Below, in pieces: positions 9,987 through 18,298 of a stretch of DNA of 64,000 nt. The notes beneath the pieces are model-generated. The model had not been told where the DNA came from, ran no database searches, and saw only the letters and a program-made list of their open reading frames with translations. The number at the start of each line of letters is the position of its first letter. Within the stretch, counting starts at the first letter, position 1. Made by a program: the position numbers and the translations under genes. The stretch lies in assembly GCA_963728565.1 (NCBI GenBank), contig CAVSLC010000011.1:159799-223798 (forward strand), read 5' to 3'. Source of the stretch: an uncultured delta proteobacterium (GTDB lineage: Bacteria > Desulfobacterota > Binatia > UBA9968).

Positions 9987-11600
9987 GTGATGCGCGAAAA
10001 AGATAAAGAAGAAGTCAACCTGCGTAAGAGGGCGGAGGACTTGCTGAAAAAGACCGGCAAGAGCACGCCGCGGATCGTCAATCAACGTGCTGCCGAGGTG
10101 ATCCACGAATTGGATGTGCACCGTGTCGAACTGGAGATGCAAAATGAAGAGCTGCGCAGAAGTCAGGTGAGCGCGGAAGAGTCGCAGCGCAAGTATGCCG
10201 AGCTGTACGAATTTGCCCCCATTGGCTTTTGCAGCTTTGACCGAAAGGGACAGATTCAGCAGGTCAACCTCGCCTGTGCTCAGATGCTGCGCACAGAGAA
10301 GCGTTATCTGCATAAGAGATGGTTCCGGAGTTTTGTCAGTCCCGGGTTCCGGGATGAATTCGACCGGTTGTTTCACAAGCTTTTTCAACCCGGACATCGA
10401 GAATCCTGCGAGTTGCAGCTCACGCGCCACGACGGCGGTCTAATCGATGTTGAATTGGTCGGGGGTGCGGTAGCCGATCCTGCTCTGGGCGTTGCGCATG
10501 AAAGCCAGGTCGCCATCCTCGACATTTCACAAAGAAAGAAGGCCGAAAGCTGGTTCCGCAGGCTGGTCGAAACAACCCAGGACGCGGTTTTATCCATCGA
10601 CAGAAAAGGCAGAATCGTGCTGTTCAATGCGGCGGCAGAGCGAACTTTCGGCTATAGCAGGAACGAAATAGCGGGGCAAAAAGTAAACGTACTCATGTCG
10701 GAACCCTATGTGTCGCAGCATGACGAATACATTGCTCGTTACGAGAGGACCGGCGAAGCTCACGCCATTGGCCGAATTCGCACTGTGACGGCGAAACGCA
10801 AGAACGGCGATCTGTTTCCCATTGAGCTGTCTGTCACCGAGATTCCAACCGACGAGGACGTTCACTATGCGGCGTTTATTCGCGATATATCGGACAAGAC
10901 CCGGCTGCAGGAGCAATTGGTCGAAAGCGAGCGACTCGCGGCGATCGGCGCGACGGCAGCCAAAATCGCCCATGAGATTGCCAATCCGCTTAACAATATC
11001 TATATGACCACTCAATTACTGGAGCGCGAGCTGGCGAAGGAGGAGATCCCGGTGCATGGACAGCTCGCATCCGATCTTAAGACTATCATCAGCGAGACTG
11101 CCCGTCTGAACGCATTGCTGCAGCAATTCCGCATGATCTCACGGAAGGAGACGTATGACTTTCATCCGGTAAGTATCGCTGCGCTGATCAAAGAGGTAGC
11201 GGACACTTGCCGCGCGATTTGGGCGCATCAGAAAATTCATTTCGACCACCTCTCTGAGCCGAATCTCCCATCGATCTCTGCCGACCGTGACAAATTAAAA
11301 CAGGTCCTCCTTAATCTCTACAAGAACGGCGCGGAGGCCATGCCCGGCGGCGGCAAGATCACCGTCAAGGCGTCGTCGACGGAAACTGGCGTTCTTGTTG
11401 AAATTACTGACACCGGCACGGGGATTCCGCCGGATATGGATATCTTCGAACCCTTCGCCACGACCAAAATCGGCGGAACGGGTATCGGCATGGTGGTGGT
11501 TCGTCAAGTAGTCACGGCCCACGGCGGATCGATTACGTACCACAGTGAACCGGGCAAAGGGACGTCATTCTTCATTGCGTTACCGGCTTTAAAAAGTTAG
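9987..11600 (+). CDS. PAS-PAS histidine kinase
   Basis: HELDVHRVELEMQNEEL coiled coil; second PAS is FixL-like (HDEYIARY..TGE.H.IG); IAHEIANPL; HATPase boxes. Confidence 0.92.
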   Translation: MMREKDKEEVNLRKRAEDLLKKTGKSTPRIVNQRAAEVIHELDVHRVELEMQNEELRRSQVSAEESQRKYAELYEFAPIGFCSFDRKGQIQQVNLACAQMLRTEKRYLHKRWFRSFVSPGFRDEFDRLFHKLFQPGHRESCELQLTRHDGGLIDVELVGGAVADPALGVAHESQVAILDISQRKKAESWFRRLVETTQDAVLSIDRKGRIVLFNAAAERTFGYSRNEIAGQKVNVLMSEPYVSQHDEYIARYERTGEAHAIGRIRTVTAKRKNGDLFPIELSVTEIPTDEDVHYAAFIRDISDKTRLQEQLVESERLAAIGATAAKIAHEIANPLNNIYMTTQLLERELAKEEIPVHGQLASDLKTIISETARLNALLQQFRMISRKETYDFHPVSIAALIKEVADTCRAIWAHQKIHFDHLSEPNLPSISADRDKLKQVLLNLYKNGAEAMPGGGKITVKASSTETGVLVEITDTGTGIPPDMDIFEPFATTKIGGTGIGMVVVRQVVTAHGGSITYHSEPGKGTSFFIALPALKS

Positions 11601-11627
11601 ATCAAATGTTGCGCGGCGCCGCCGCAA

Positions 11628-12308
11628 TCAGGCGATTTGCGCGAGATAGTCGGTGAGCTTATTTTCTTTGATGACGAGAAAACGGTCTTTGTTGGTCTCG
11701 ATTAATCCCAGGTTGTGAAATCTTTGCATAAACAAGCTGATCCGGGGCCGGGTGGTCCCGACCATCTCCGACAATTCTTCGTGCGTAATCCTAAGCTCGA
11801 TGCGAATACTGCGCGGGTCCTTCTTGCCCATGGTCCGGGCCAGCTGCAACAATGTCTGGCCCAGCCGCTGCTCGCTGTCGACCGTCACCAGATTGGCGAT
11901 GATCTGCTGCTGGTCGGCGATGCGCACGGCGAGGTAACGCACGAACCCCTGCCAGAGCGAATCCCGGCCTAAACGCGCGAAGAATTGAATGGAAGGTATT
12001 TGCTTTAAGCTCGTTGACTTCATCGCAGTGGCTGTCTCCAAGCGTTCGCCCAAACCGGAGAGGCACAGCTCGCCGAAGATGTCGCCCTCAGTGTGGATGC
12101 CCAGTATGCATTCTTTGCCTTCGCTGGAGAGCATTAACAGCTTTACTTGTCCGGTCTCGATAAAATAGATCATCCCGTCGCCATCGCCACTATTGTAGAC
12201 ATTTTCATGTCGCGGGACTTTGACGGAGCGGGAATTGAGCGTTTCGTTCTGCAATGAATCGCGTAACTGTTGTTTGAACTTGTCTATCTCAGGATTATCT
12301 TGAATCAT
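11628..12308 (-). CDS. Crp/Fnr-family transcriptional regulator
   Basis: cNMP-type domain (GQVKL...GDIFGELCL) and HTH ITHEELSEMVGTTRPRISLFM. Confidence 0.93.
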   Translation of the reverse strand: MIQDNPEIDKFKQQLRDSLQNETLNSRSVKVPRHENVYNSGDGDGMIYFIETGQVKLLMLSSEGKECILGIHTEGDIFGELCLSGLGERLETATAMKSTSLKQIPSIQFFARLGRDSLWQGFVRYLAVRIADQQQIIANLVTVDSEQRLGQTLLQLARTMGKKDPRSIRIELRITHEELSEMVGTTRPRISLFMQRFHNLGLIETNKDRFLVIKENKLTDYLAQIA

Positions 12309-12792
12309 AATGGCTCCTTCCGATCCGCTCGATTATTGCGCGGGGCGGGTATGCCTCGCGCGACTCGGCGTCGTTGTTGCGAGCGATGGAGCGTGTTTTT
12401 GCTAGATATCTTTTTACCTCGAATATCTTGTTCAAGGTATCCCGAGCTTATCGCGTATCTCTTCCGCGTCAAGGCCGAGCCCAGCACAGATGCTCACAAA
12501 TGAATACGGTGAATGCTGATCATCGCTGAAGAACCATCTCGTCGCCTCCTGCGCCCTGCGGCCGCTGCTGATGAGGCGAGCCGGCGAACTTTTCCTGAAA
12601 ACAGAGTAACGCATCCTCGAGCACGGCATACATCAGAGCTGTCTCCGGACACACGCTAGCGAGGCTGATTCGAGTATTGAAGAACTGTTCCGGAAGCGCG
12701 TTGATATTGGATCGTCGGTCATGCAAGCCGTGCCGTTGTCGAGCCTCGGACCGGCGATGTTTTGGGCTGACTGGGGCACGTTTGGAGTACAT
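12305..12792 (-). CDS. Conserved hypothetical protein (PE-x-ALM-x-AVLEDA...SFVSIC-x-x-LGLD), split by one or two frameshifts
   Basis: Track ORFs 12520-12792, 12432-12629 and 12305-12487 join into one coherent protein; the last frame's TGA overlaps the crp ATG (ATGA). Confidence 0.6.
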
Positions 12793-12856
12793 ATCATTCT
12801 CCGATATTTAAATTCCAATGTGAGTTGATCATGGGTTCGCCGTTTGTGAATCGATT

Positions 12857-14314
12857 TTAACCGACACTGCCCTCAAGGCTGACGCCCAAAAGTTTCTGCG
12901 CCTCGACGGCAAATTCCATCGGCAGCTCGCGAAAGACCTGTTTACAAAAACCATTGACGATCAGAGTGACAGCGTCTTCAGGCGAAATGCCGCGCTGCCG
13001 GCAGTAGAAGAGCTGATCCTCACCGATCCTCGATGTCGAGGCCTCATGCTCCACCTGTGATGAGTTGTTCATCACCTCAAGGTAGGGGAAGGTATGCGCG
13101 CCGCATTTATCGCCCAGGAGCAACGAATCACATTGCGAATAATTGCGCGCACCGGCAGCGCCCTTCATGACCTTCACTAGCCCCCGATAGGTGTTCTGCC
13201 CGTGGCCGGCCGAGATTCCCTTCGAAATGATCGTGCTTTTGGTGTTCTTGCCAATATGGATCATCTTGGTGCCGGTATCGGCCTGCTGATAGTTGTTGGT
13301 GAGCGCCACCGAGTAAAATTCACCCACCGAGTTGTCGCCTTGCAGTATGCAGCTGGGATACTTCCAGGTAATTGCCGATCCGGTCTCCACCTGGGTCCAA
13401 GAGATCTTAGAGTTTTTACCCAGACACTTGCCGCGCTTGGTGACGAAATTGTAGATCCCCCCCTTGCCGTCCTTATCGCCCGGATACCAGTTCTGTACGG
13501 TCGAGTACTTGATCTGCGCGTTGTCCAGAGCAACCAGCTCCACCACGGCGGCATGCAGTTGATTTTCATCGCGCATCGGCGCCGTGCAGCCCTCAAGGTA
13601 GCTGACGGAACTACCCTCATCGGCAATGATCAAGGTGCGCTCAAATTGCCCTGTTTCAGCAGCATTGATGCGAAAGTAGGTCGAAAGTTCCATCGGACAG
13701 CGCACGCCTCTGGGGATGTAACAGAACGATCCATCACTGAAGACAGCGGCGTTCAAGGCGGCGAAAAAGTTATCGCTGTACGGCACCACCGAGCCAAGAT
13801 ATTTTCTAACGATGACTGGATGCTTCTGCACCGCTTCCGAAAACGAACAAAAGATAACTCCCAACGACGCCAGCTTATCCTTGAATGTCGTCGCTACCGA
13901 AACGCTGTCGAAGACTGCGTCAACGGCGACGCCGGTCAGCCATTTTTGCTCCAGCAACGGAATACCCAGCTTGTCATAGGTCTCGAGCAGCTTGGGATCG
14001 ACTTCTTCGAGACTCTTTGGCCCCACGTTGGTCTTGGGCGCCGAATAGTAGATGAGGTCCTGATAATCGATTGCCGGATAGTGGACATTGGCCCATTTTG
14101 GCTCGGCCTGAGACTTTGCCAGCTTGACCCAGTGGCGGTAGGCCTTTAGACGCCAGTCCAGCATAAAACTCGGTTCGTTCTTTTTGGCCGAAATCAAACG
14201 GACAGTTCCCTCGTTGAGGCCGCGCGGCACGGTGTCAGTTTCAATTTCCGTAACAAACCCATACTTATATTCCTGGCTGACCAGGTCCTCGGTTGTTTGT
14301 GTGGCATTGTTCAT
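12857..14314 (-). CDS. sufB: Fe-S cluster assembly scaffold SufB
   Basis: [55 protein letters not shown]. Confidence 0.97.
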   Translation of the reverse strand: MNNATQTTEDLVSQEYKYGFVTEIETDTVPRGLNEGTVRLISAKKNEPSFMLDWRLKAYRHWVKLAKSQAEPKWANVHYPAIDYQDLIYYSAPKTNVGPKSLEEVDPKLLETYDKLGIPLLEQKWLTGVAVDAVFDSVSVATTFKDKLASLGVIFCSFSEAVQKHPVIVRKYLGSVVPYSDNFFAALNAAVFSDGSFCYIPRGVRCPMELSTYFRINAAETGQFERTLIIADEGSSVSYLEGCTAPMRDENQLHAAVVELVALDNAQIKYSTVQNWYPGDKDGKGGIYNFVTKRGKCLGKNSKISWTQVETGSAITWKYPSCILQGDNSVGEFYSVALTNNYQQADTGTKMIHIGKNTKSTIISKGISAGHGQNTYRGLVKVMKGAAGARNYSQCDSLLLGDKCGAHTFPYLEVMNNSSQVEHEASTSRIGEDQLFYCRQRGISPEDAVTLIVNGFCKQVFRELPMEFAVEAQKLLGVSLEGSVG

Positions 14315-14398
14315 GGCTGCAGTTTTCCTATTCAGGAGACTCGTTAGCGGCTCTCTACGTTAGTAACTTAAAAGTACACCGGCATCCGATGTAATTAC

Positions 14399-14414
14399 TG
14401 TCTAATAGTGAACG
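14399..14414 (-). promoter_or_regulatory. Putative TF site, copy 3 (CGTTC-ACTATT-AGACA), upstream of sufB
   Basis: Shares TACTGTCTAATAGTG with copies 1 and 2; TACTTT -10-like hexamer 22 nt downstream. Confidence 0.65.
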
Positions 14415-14573
14415 ATTTCAGAGTCTCAAGACTCCAGAGCAGGTCGGCGGCGTACGCCGCGGCATCAAAGCGAGTTGGCCGGCAACCAGCCTTACACCAT
14501 TCGTTGAGTTCCCGGGCTGGTCAGGCTCTGCTGCTTCTGAGGAATTCGCGTTAGATCAGGTAGATACGCTTAT

Positions 14574-14912
14574 TTAATTCTGTTTAACCTTTGCAAAGCA
14601 GCGATCGAAAAACGCTCCCAAGGGACCGCGCGCCGCCTTTCTCATAATTCCATGCAGCTCGGCTGGTTTTAGCCAAATGCCTTGACAGCTGTCACAGCGG
14701 TGTAGGACAAAGCCCATGAAGCCATACTTTTCGAGTTTGCCCGCGCACATGGGACAGTTACCGACCTGTCTTTCCCGTCTGGCTGCTTCAGCGTTTTGAA
14801 AGTCGACCTTCATCTCGTCAATGCGTTCATGCTCTTTTAACGCAAAATACCTGTCTTCGTTGGCTCGCTCGTCAAACTCTACGTTTTCACCGAAGCGATT
14901 TTGATTTTTCAT
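14574..14912 (-). CDS. zf-TFIIB-like Zn-ribbon protein
   Basis: CPMC...CDSCQGIWL..EL; N-terminal EDRYF helix. Confidence 0.8.
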   Translation of the reverse strand: MKNQNRFGENVEFDERANEDRYFALKEHERIDEMKVDFQNAEAARRERQVGNCPMCAGKLEKYGFMGFVLHRCDSCQGIWLKPAELHGIMRKAARGPLGAFFDRCFAKVKQN

Positions 14913-15018
14913 GGCTCTACCTCATTTTTAATAACTCTTGGCCTGACGCAAAATTGCATTCCGCCTCAATCTAATTCTGCTCTTCTCGTCGGCCCCTTTG
15001 CTTCCCAATCCCAGTGAT

Positions 15019-15345
15019 TCAGGCGCTAAAAGAGGTGCCACATCCACAGGTGCTCTTCACGTTGGGATTGATAAATATGAAGCCCGATTGCATTAGGTCG
15101 TCTTTATAATCGAGCTCCGTTCCGTTCAGATGAACGGCGCTAGTTGCATCAAGCAAGATGCGCGCGCCGTTTTTCTCAATGACCCGATCTTGCGCTGTGG
15201 GTGCATCGATAGCCATCTTGTACTCAAAGCCCGAACAGCCGCCGGCGACAACTTTGAGACGCAACCCCTTTTCGTCGCTGTTTCCAGCGAGAAGTTGCCG
15301 AATCTTTTCGGCGGCGCGATCGCTGAGGGTAATTTCCCCGACCAT
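15019..15345 (-). CDS. iscA: A-type Fe-S carrier (IscA/ErpA/HesB family)
   Basis: GGCSGFEY and CGCGTSF motifs. Confidence 0.93.
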   Translation of the reverse strand: MVGEITLSDRAAEKIRQLLAGNSDEKGLRLKVVAGGCSGFEYKMAIDAPTAQDRVIEKNGARILLDATSAVHLNGTELDYKDDLMQSGFIFINPNVKSTCGCGTSFSA

Positions 15346-15363
15346 ATTGAGTATCTCCTTTGC

Positions 15364-15870
15364 TTAGATTGCGAGCTCCGGCTCGTGATGAGTTTTCTTA
15401 ACGAGCCATTTTTCGCGCATGATCTTGTCCTGGATCCTGAGCAGTCCTTCTGTAAGCGCTTCAGGCCTTGGCGGGCATCCAGGAACGTAGACGTCGACGG
15501 GGACGATCTTGTCGACGCCTTTACAAACCGAGTAGGCCAGCTGAAAAAGTCCACCACAGCTGGCGCAGCTTCCCATTGCGATGACGTATTTGGGATCCGG
15601 CATCTGATCATAGAGAAGCTTGGTGCGCTTGGCCATTTTATAAGTGAGCGTTCCGGCGACGATCATAAGATCCGATTGACGGGGTGTGGCGCGCGGCACC
15701 GCGCCGAAGCGGTCGACATCAGCGCGCGGTCCTCCCGTTTGCATTAACTCGATGGCGCAGCAGGCCAAGCCGAAAAGCATGTACCACTGCGACGAGGCTC
15801 GGCCCCAATTAAGAAGATCGTCTACCTTCGTGGTCAACACGTTTTCAGGCAACTGGTTTAGTAGTGACGT
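15364..15870 (-). CDS. nuoB: NuoB-like [4Fe-4S] subunit (orphan; apparent ACG start)
   Basis: [29 protein letters not shown] and [18 protein letters not shown] sits 5 nt before an in-frame ACG at 15870. Confidence 0.92.
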   Translation of the reverse strand, partial: TSLLNQLPENVLTTKVDDLLNWGRASSQWYMLFGLACCAIELMQTGGPRADVDRFGAVPRATPRQSDLMIVAGTLTYKMAKRTKLLYDQMPDPKYVIAMGSCASCGGLFQLAYSVCKGVDKIVPVDVYVPGCPPRPEALTEGLLRIQDKIMREKWLVKKTHHEPELAI

Positions 15871-16448
15871 AAAAGCCTCCTTGATACCCAGCGACGACCG
15901 TACCGTGTCGGAGCGATGCCAGCAGGTCCGATCGTTGGTGTAAGTGCGATCCTGGAAGGAGAGGACGATGTTCCGCTATTGATCGCCCTTACCTTGCGTT
16001 GATATGCCGCTGCTGAGACGAGAACTGTACGCGGCCAATGACTGATGACCGCCGCGGAAGAATTTTCGTGAAAGTCTCTCGAATCTCCTGTGAACCCGCG
16101 CCCTACTCATAATCGCCTGCGGATTGTAGAGTTGATAACGGTAAGAGCAAACTTTAAGTGTGGACCTAATAAGTCCATGTTGCAATAGACACCTAGCTAC
16201 TCTTGGAGTATTGCAGGCTAAACAACAACGCGCTCTGCCGGTGTGAGTGAAGATGGGTTCGGCTCGAAGTGGGGAGTCAACCTCAAGCGGGTTGTGAAAG
16301 GCCTCGGGGCAGTCTAGTTTGCCTCTGGCGGCAAACGCCAAATTTAACCATCGTCCGTCGGATGGACGTGTGGCGGGCAGAATATCAGCGGCGAGCGCTA
16401 CCGATCACGCCGCTGTAAGATAGTGTGTCCCTCAACAGAGCAATGATT

Positions 16449-16892
16449 ATGAAAAAATACAAAAAAATTCCCCAAGTTGGATCGGTTATGACGCCGTTTC
16501 CCTATTCTGTCGATACCGATGATACGATTGCAGAAGTCGAACGCCTCATGGATGAGCACCAGATTCGTCATATTCCCGTCCAACAGGATGGCCGGGTGGT
16601 CGGAATCATTTCGGAACGGGATGTCTATCGTTTGCTCGAACGCTTCCTGCCACAGGCGCAAAAGGAGCAGATTCGAGCTCGCGATATAATGATCGCTGAT
16701 CCGTACGTTGTTTCATTCGAGGCGCCGCTAAATGAGATTGCTCTTGAAATGGCAAAACGCCACATAGGCTCCGTCATCATTCTTCATCACGAAAAACTTG
16801 CGGGTATCGTATCGGCAACCGACATATGCCGTATTCTGGCCGAAATATTCGAGGCGGAATTTTCCGATCACACGGTGGATGACATCGCATAA
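16449..16892 (+). CDS. CBS-pair protein
   Basis: VGSVMT...IRHIPV...VVGIISERD and IGSVII...LAGIVSATD. Confidence 0.9.
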   Translation: MKKYKKIPQVGSVMTPFPYSVDTDDTIAEVERLMDEHQIRHIPVQQDGRVVGIISERDVYRLLERFLPQAQKEQIRARDIMIADPYVVSFEAPLNEIALEMAKRHIGSVIILHHEKLAGIVSATDICRILAEIFEAEFSDHTVDDIA

Positions 16893-16964
16893 AGCTCGGG
16901 TGTCGCAATAGGGCTTTATTGCTAACGATTTCCATCCGACGCCGGTATCTGCTATGGTGCGGCT

Positions 16965-17153
16965 ATGGGAAATCAAACATATCAGAAGCGTCAGAAAGAG
17001 TTGGCGCGGTCACAAAAGAAAAAGGACAAGGCTGCGCGCCGGATACAACGGAAAACGGAAAAGGTAAAAGGCGGGCCGCCGTTGGAGGACGATCCCATGA
17101 CCGGCGGCCGAATGACCTCCGAGTCAAGCCTGCAATCTTCTCCTGCCGTTTGA
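16965..17153 (+). CDS. Small basic protein (TYQKRQKELAR..KK.DK)
   Basis: Lys/Arg-rich helical N-terminus of a type seen beside RRM and cold-shock genes. Confidence 0.6.
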   Translation: MGNQTYQKRQKELARSQKKKDKAARRIQRKTEKVKGGPPLEDDPMTGGRMTSESSLQSSPAV

Positions 17154-17253
17154 GAAGGACCGCTCTCCTCGGCAACTAACCAGTCCTCCGGAAGCACGAT
17201 CTGCGCCTCTGCAGAACGTGTGTCGGCGCTGCAATAGCCGCCTCGGAACTTAG

Positions 17254-17282
17254 TTGACATCATTCCGGTTTATACATAGGTT
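17254..17282 (+). promoter_or_regulatory. Sigma70-like promoter of the RRM gene
   Basis: TTGACA-N17-TAGGTT, implying a leader of about 190 nt. Confidence 0.55.
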
Positions 17283-17481
17283 GAGTTATCTTCTTCAGTA
17301 AAAGGCCTTCTGAGGAAAATAAAAGGCGCGAAGGCCTCTGATCAGTCTCTCTCCTTGCGAAGCAATCTATGAATGAGAATCCGACCGGAGCGTGGTAGAA
17401 TCCCAGTTTACCCATGTTCTGCCCATTTGCAGTGCGGTTCTCAGGGTCAAAGACAATAACATTCTCTCATAGGAGGAGAAC

Positions 17482-17796
17482 ATGGGTAGTAAATTATATG
17501 TCGGCGGATTGCCTTATTCCGTAACCGAGGGACGCTTACAAGAACTTTTTTCGGCGCACGGTACGGTAGAATCCGCGAATGTCATCTCGGATAAATTTAC
17601 CGGGCAATCACGAGGTTTCGGTTTTGTCGAGATGAGCTCGTCTGGCGAGGCGCAAAGAGCGATTTCCGCGATGAATGGTACGCAATTGGATGGCCGCACT
17701 CTGACTGTTAATGAAGCCAAGCCGCAGGCCAGGCGCGATGGCGGCGGGGGCGGCGAAGGCCGCGGCAACCGCGATGGCGGCCGTAACCGCTGGTAA
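17482..17796 (+). CDS. RRM RNA-binding protein (Rbp type, glycine-rich tail)
   Basis: RNP2 LYVGGL, RNP1 RGFGFVEM, AGGAG RBS. Confidence 0.96.
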   Translation: MGSKLYVGGLPYSVTEGRLQELFSAHGTVESANVISDKFTGQSRGFGFVEMSSSGEAQRAISAMNGTQLDGRTLTVNEAKPQARRDGGGGGEGRGNRDGGRNRW

Positions 17797-17820
17797 TTTC
17801 GCAGTCCTCTAAGGGGATCA

Positions 17821-17857
17821 AAATAGGGGGCAACGGTCGGGTGCCCCCTATTTTTTT
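17821..17857 (+). terminator. Intrinsic terminator
   Basis: ATAGGGGGCA...TGCCCCCTAT stem followed by a T-run. Confidence 0.88.
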
Positions 17858-18298
17858 GTAAAGCCTTTCGGCTATCTCGCGTCCTCATCCAGCGTTGATT
17901 CAGATCGATGCTGAACCGATTGCTTCACATGTGGAAAAATTTACATCCGTCACGCCGACTCTCCTTTCGCGCGAGCACGAGCTCTCACCTCAAAGGTGAA
18001 CGGTTTCAGCCCATCCTGAAATGATTAAGCGGGTCGGCGGTAATGAGAGGTAATCCGCGCGAAGGATCAATCTTTACGGTATAGCATTCGACACGTGTTG
18101 ACTTCAGGGGGTATCTTTATCGTCGGGGTCTGTTATAGTCAGCGCGATGTAACTACTGGCAAGCCAAAGTCCAAAATTGAATTCGCTCGGTCCAATTCGG
18201 CCGAGTTTCAAAGAGGCGGCCCCTAGGGTAACCGCCTCTTTACATTTTTCATCCGGGAATAACAAAATCGTCGCGGCTGCCAAGAAGAAGATTCCATT

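Noticed and set aside
13202-14149. 315-aa plus-strand ORF
   Set aside because: Antisense shadow of sufB with no recognisable motifs.
16161-16177. TGGAC-N7-GTCCA palindrome in the nuoB/CBS divergent region
   Set aside because: Arm orientation and spacing differ from the regulon box, and a single 5-bp-arm palindrome is expected by chance.
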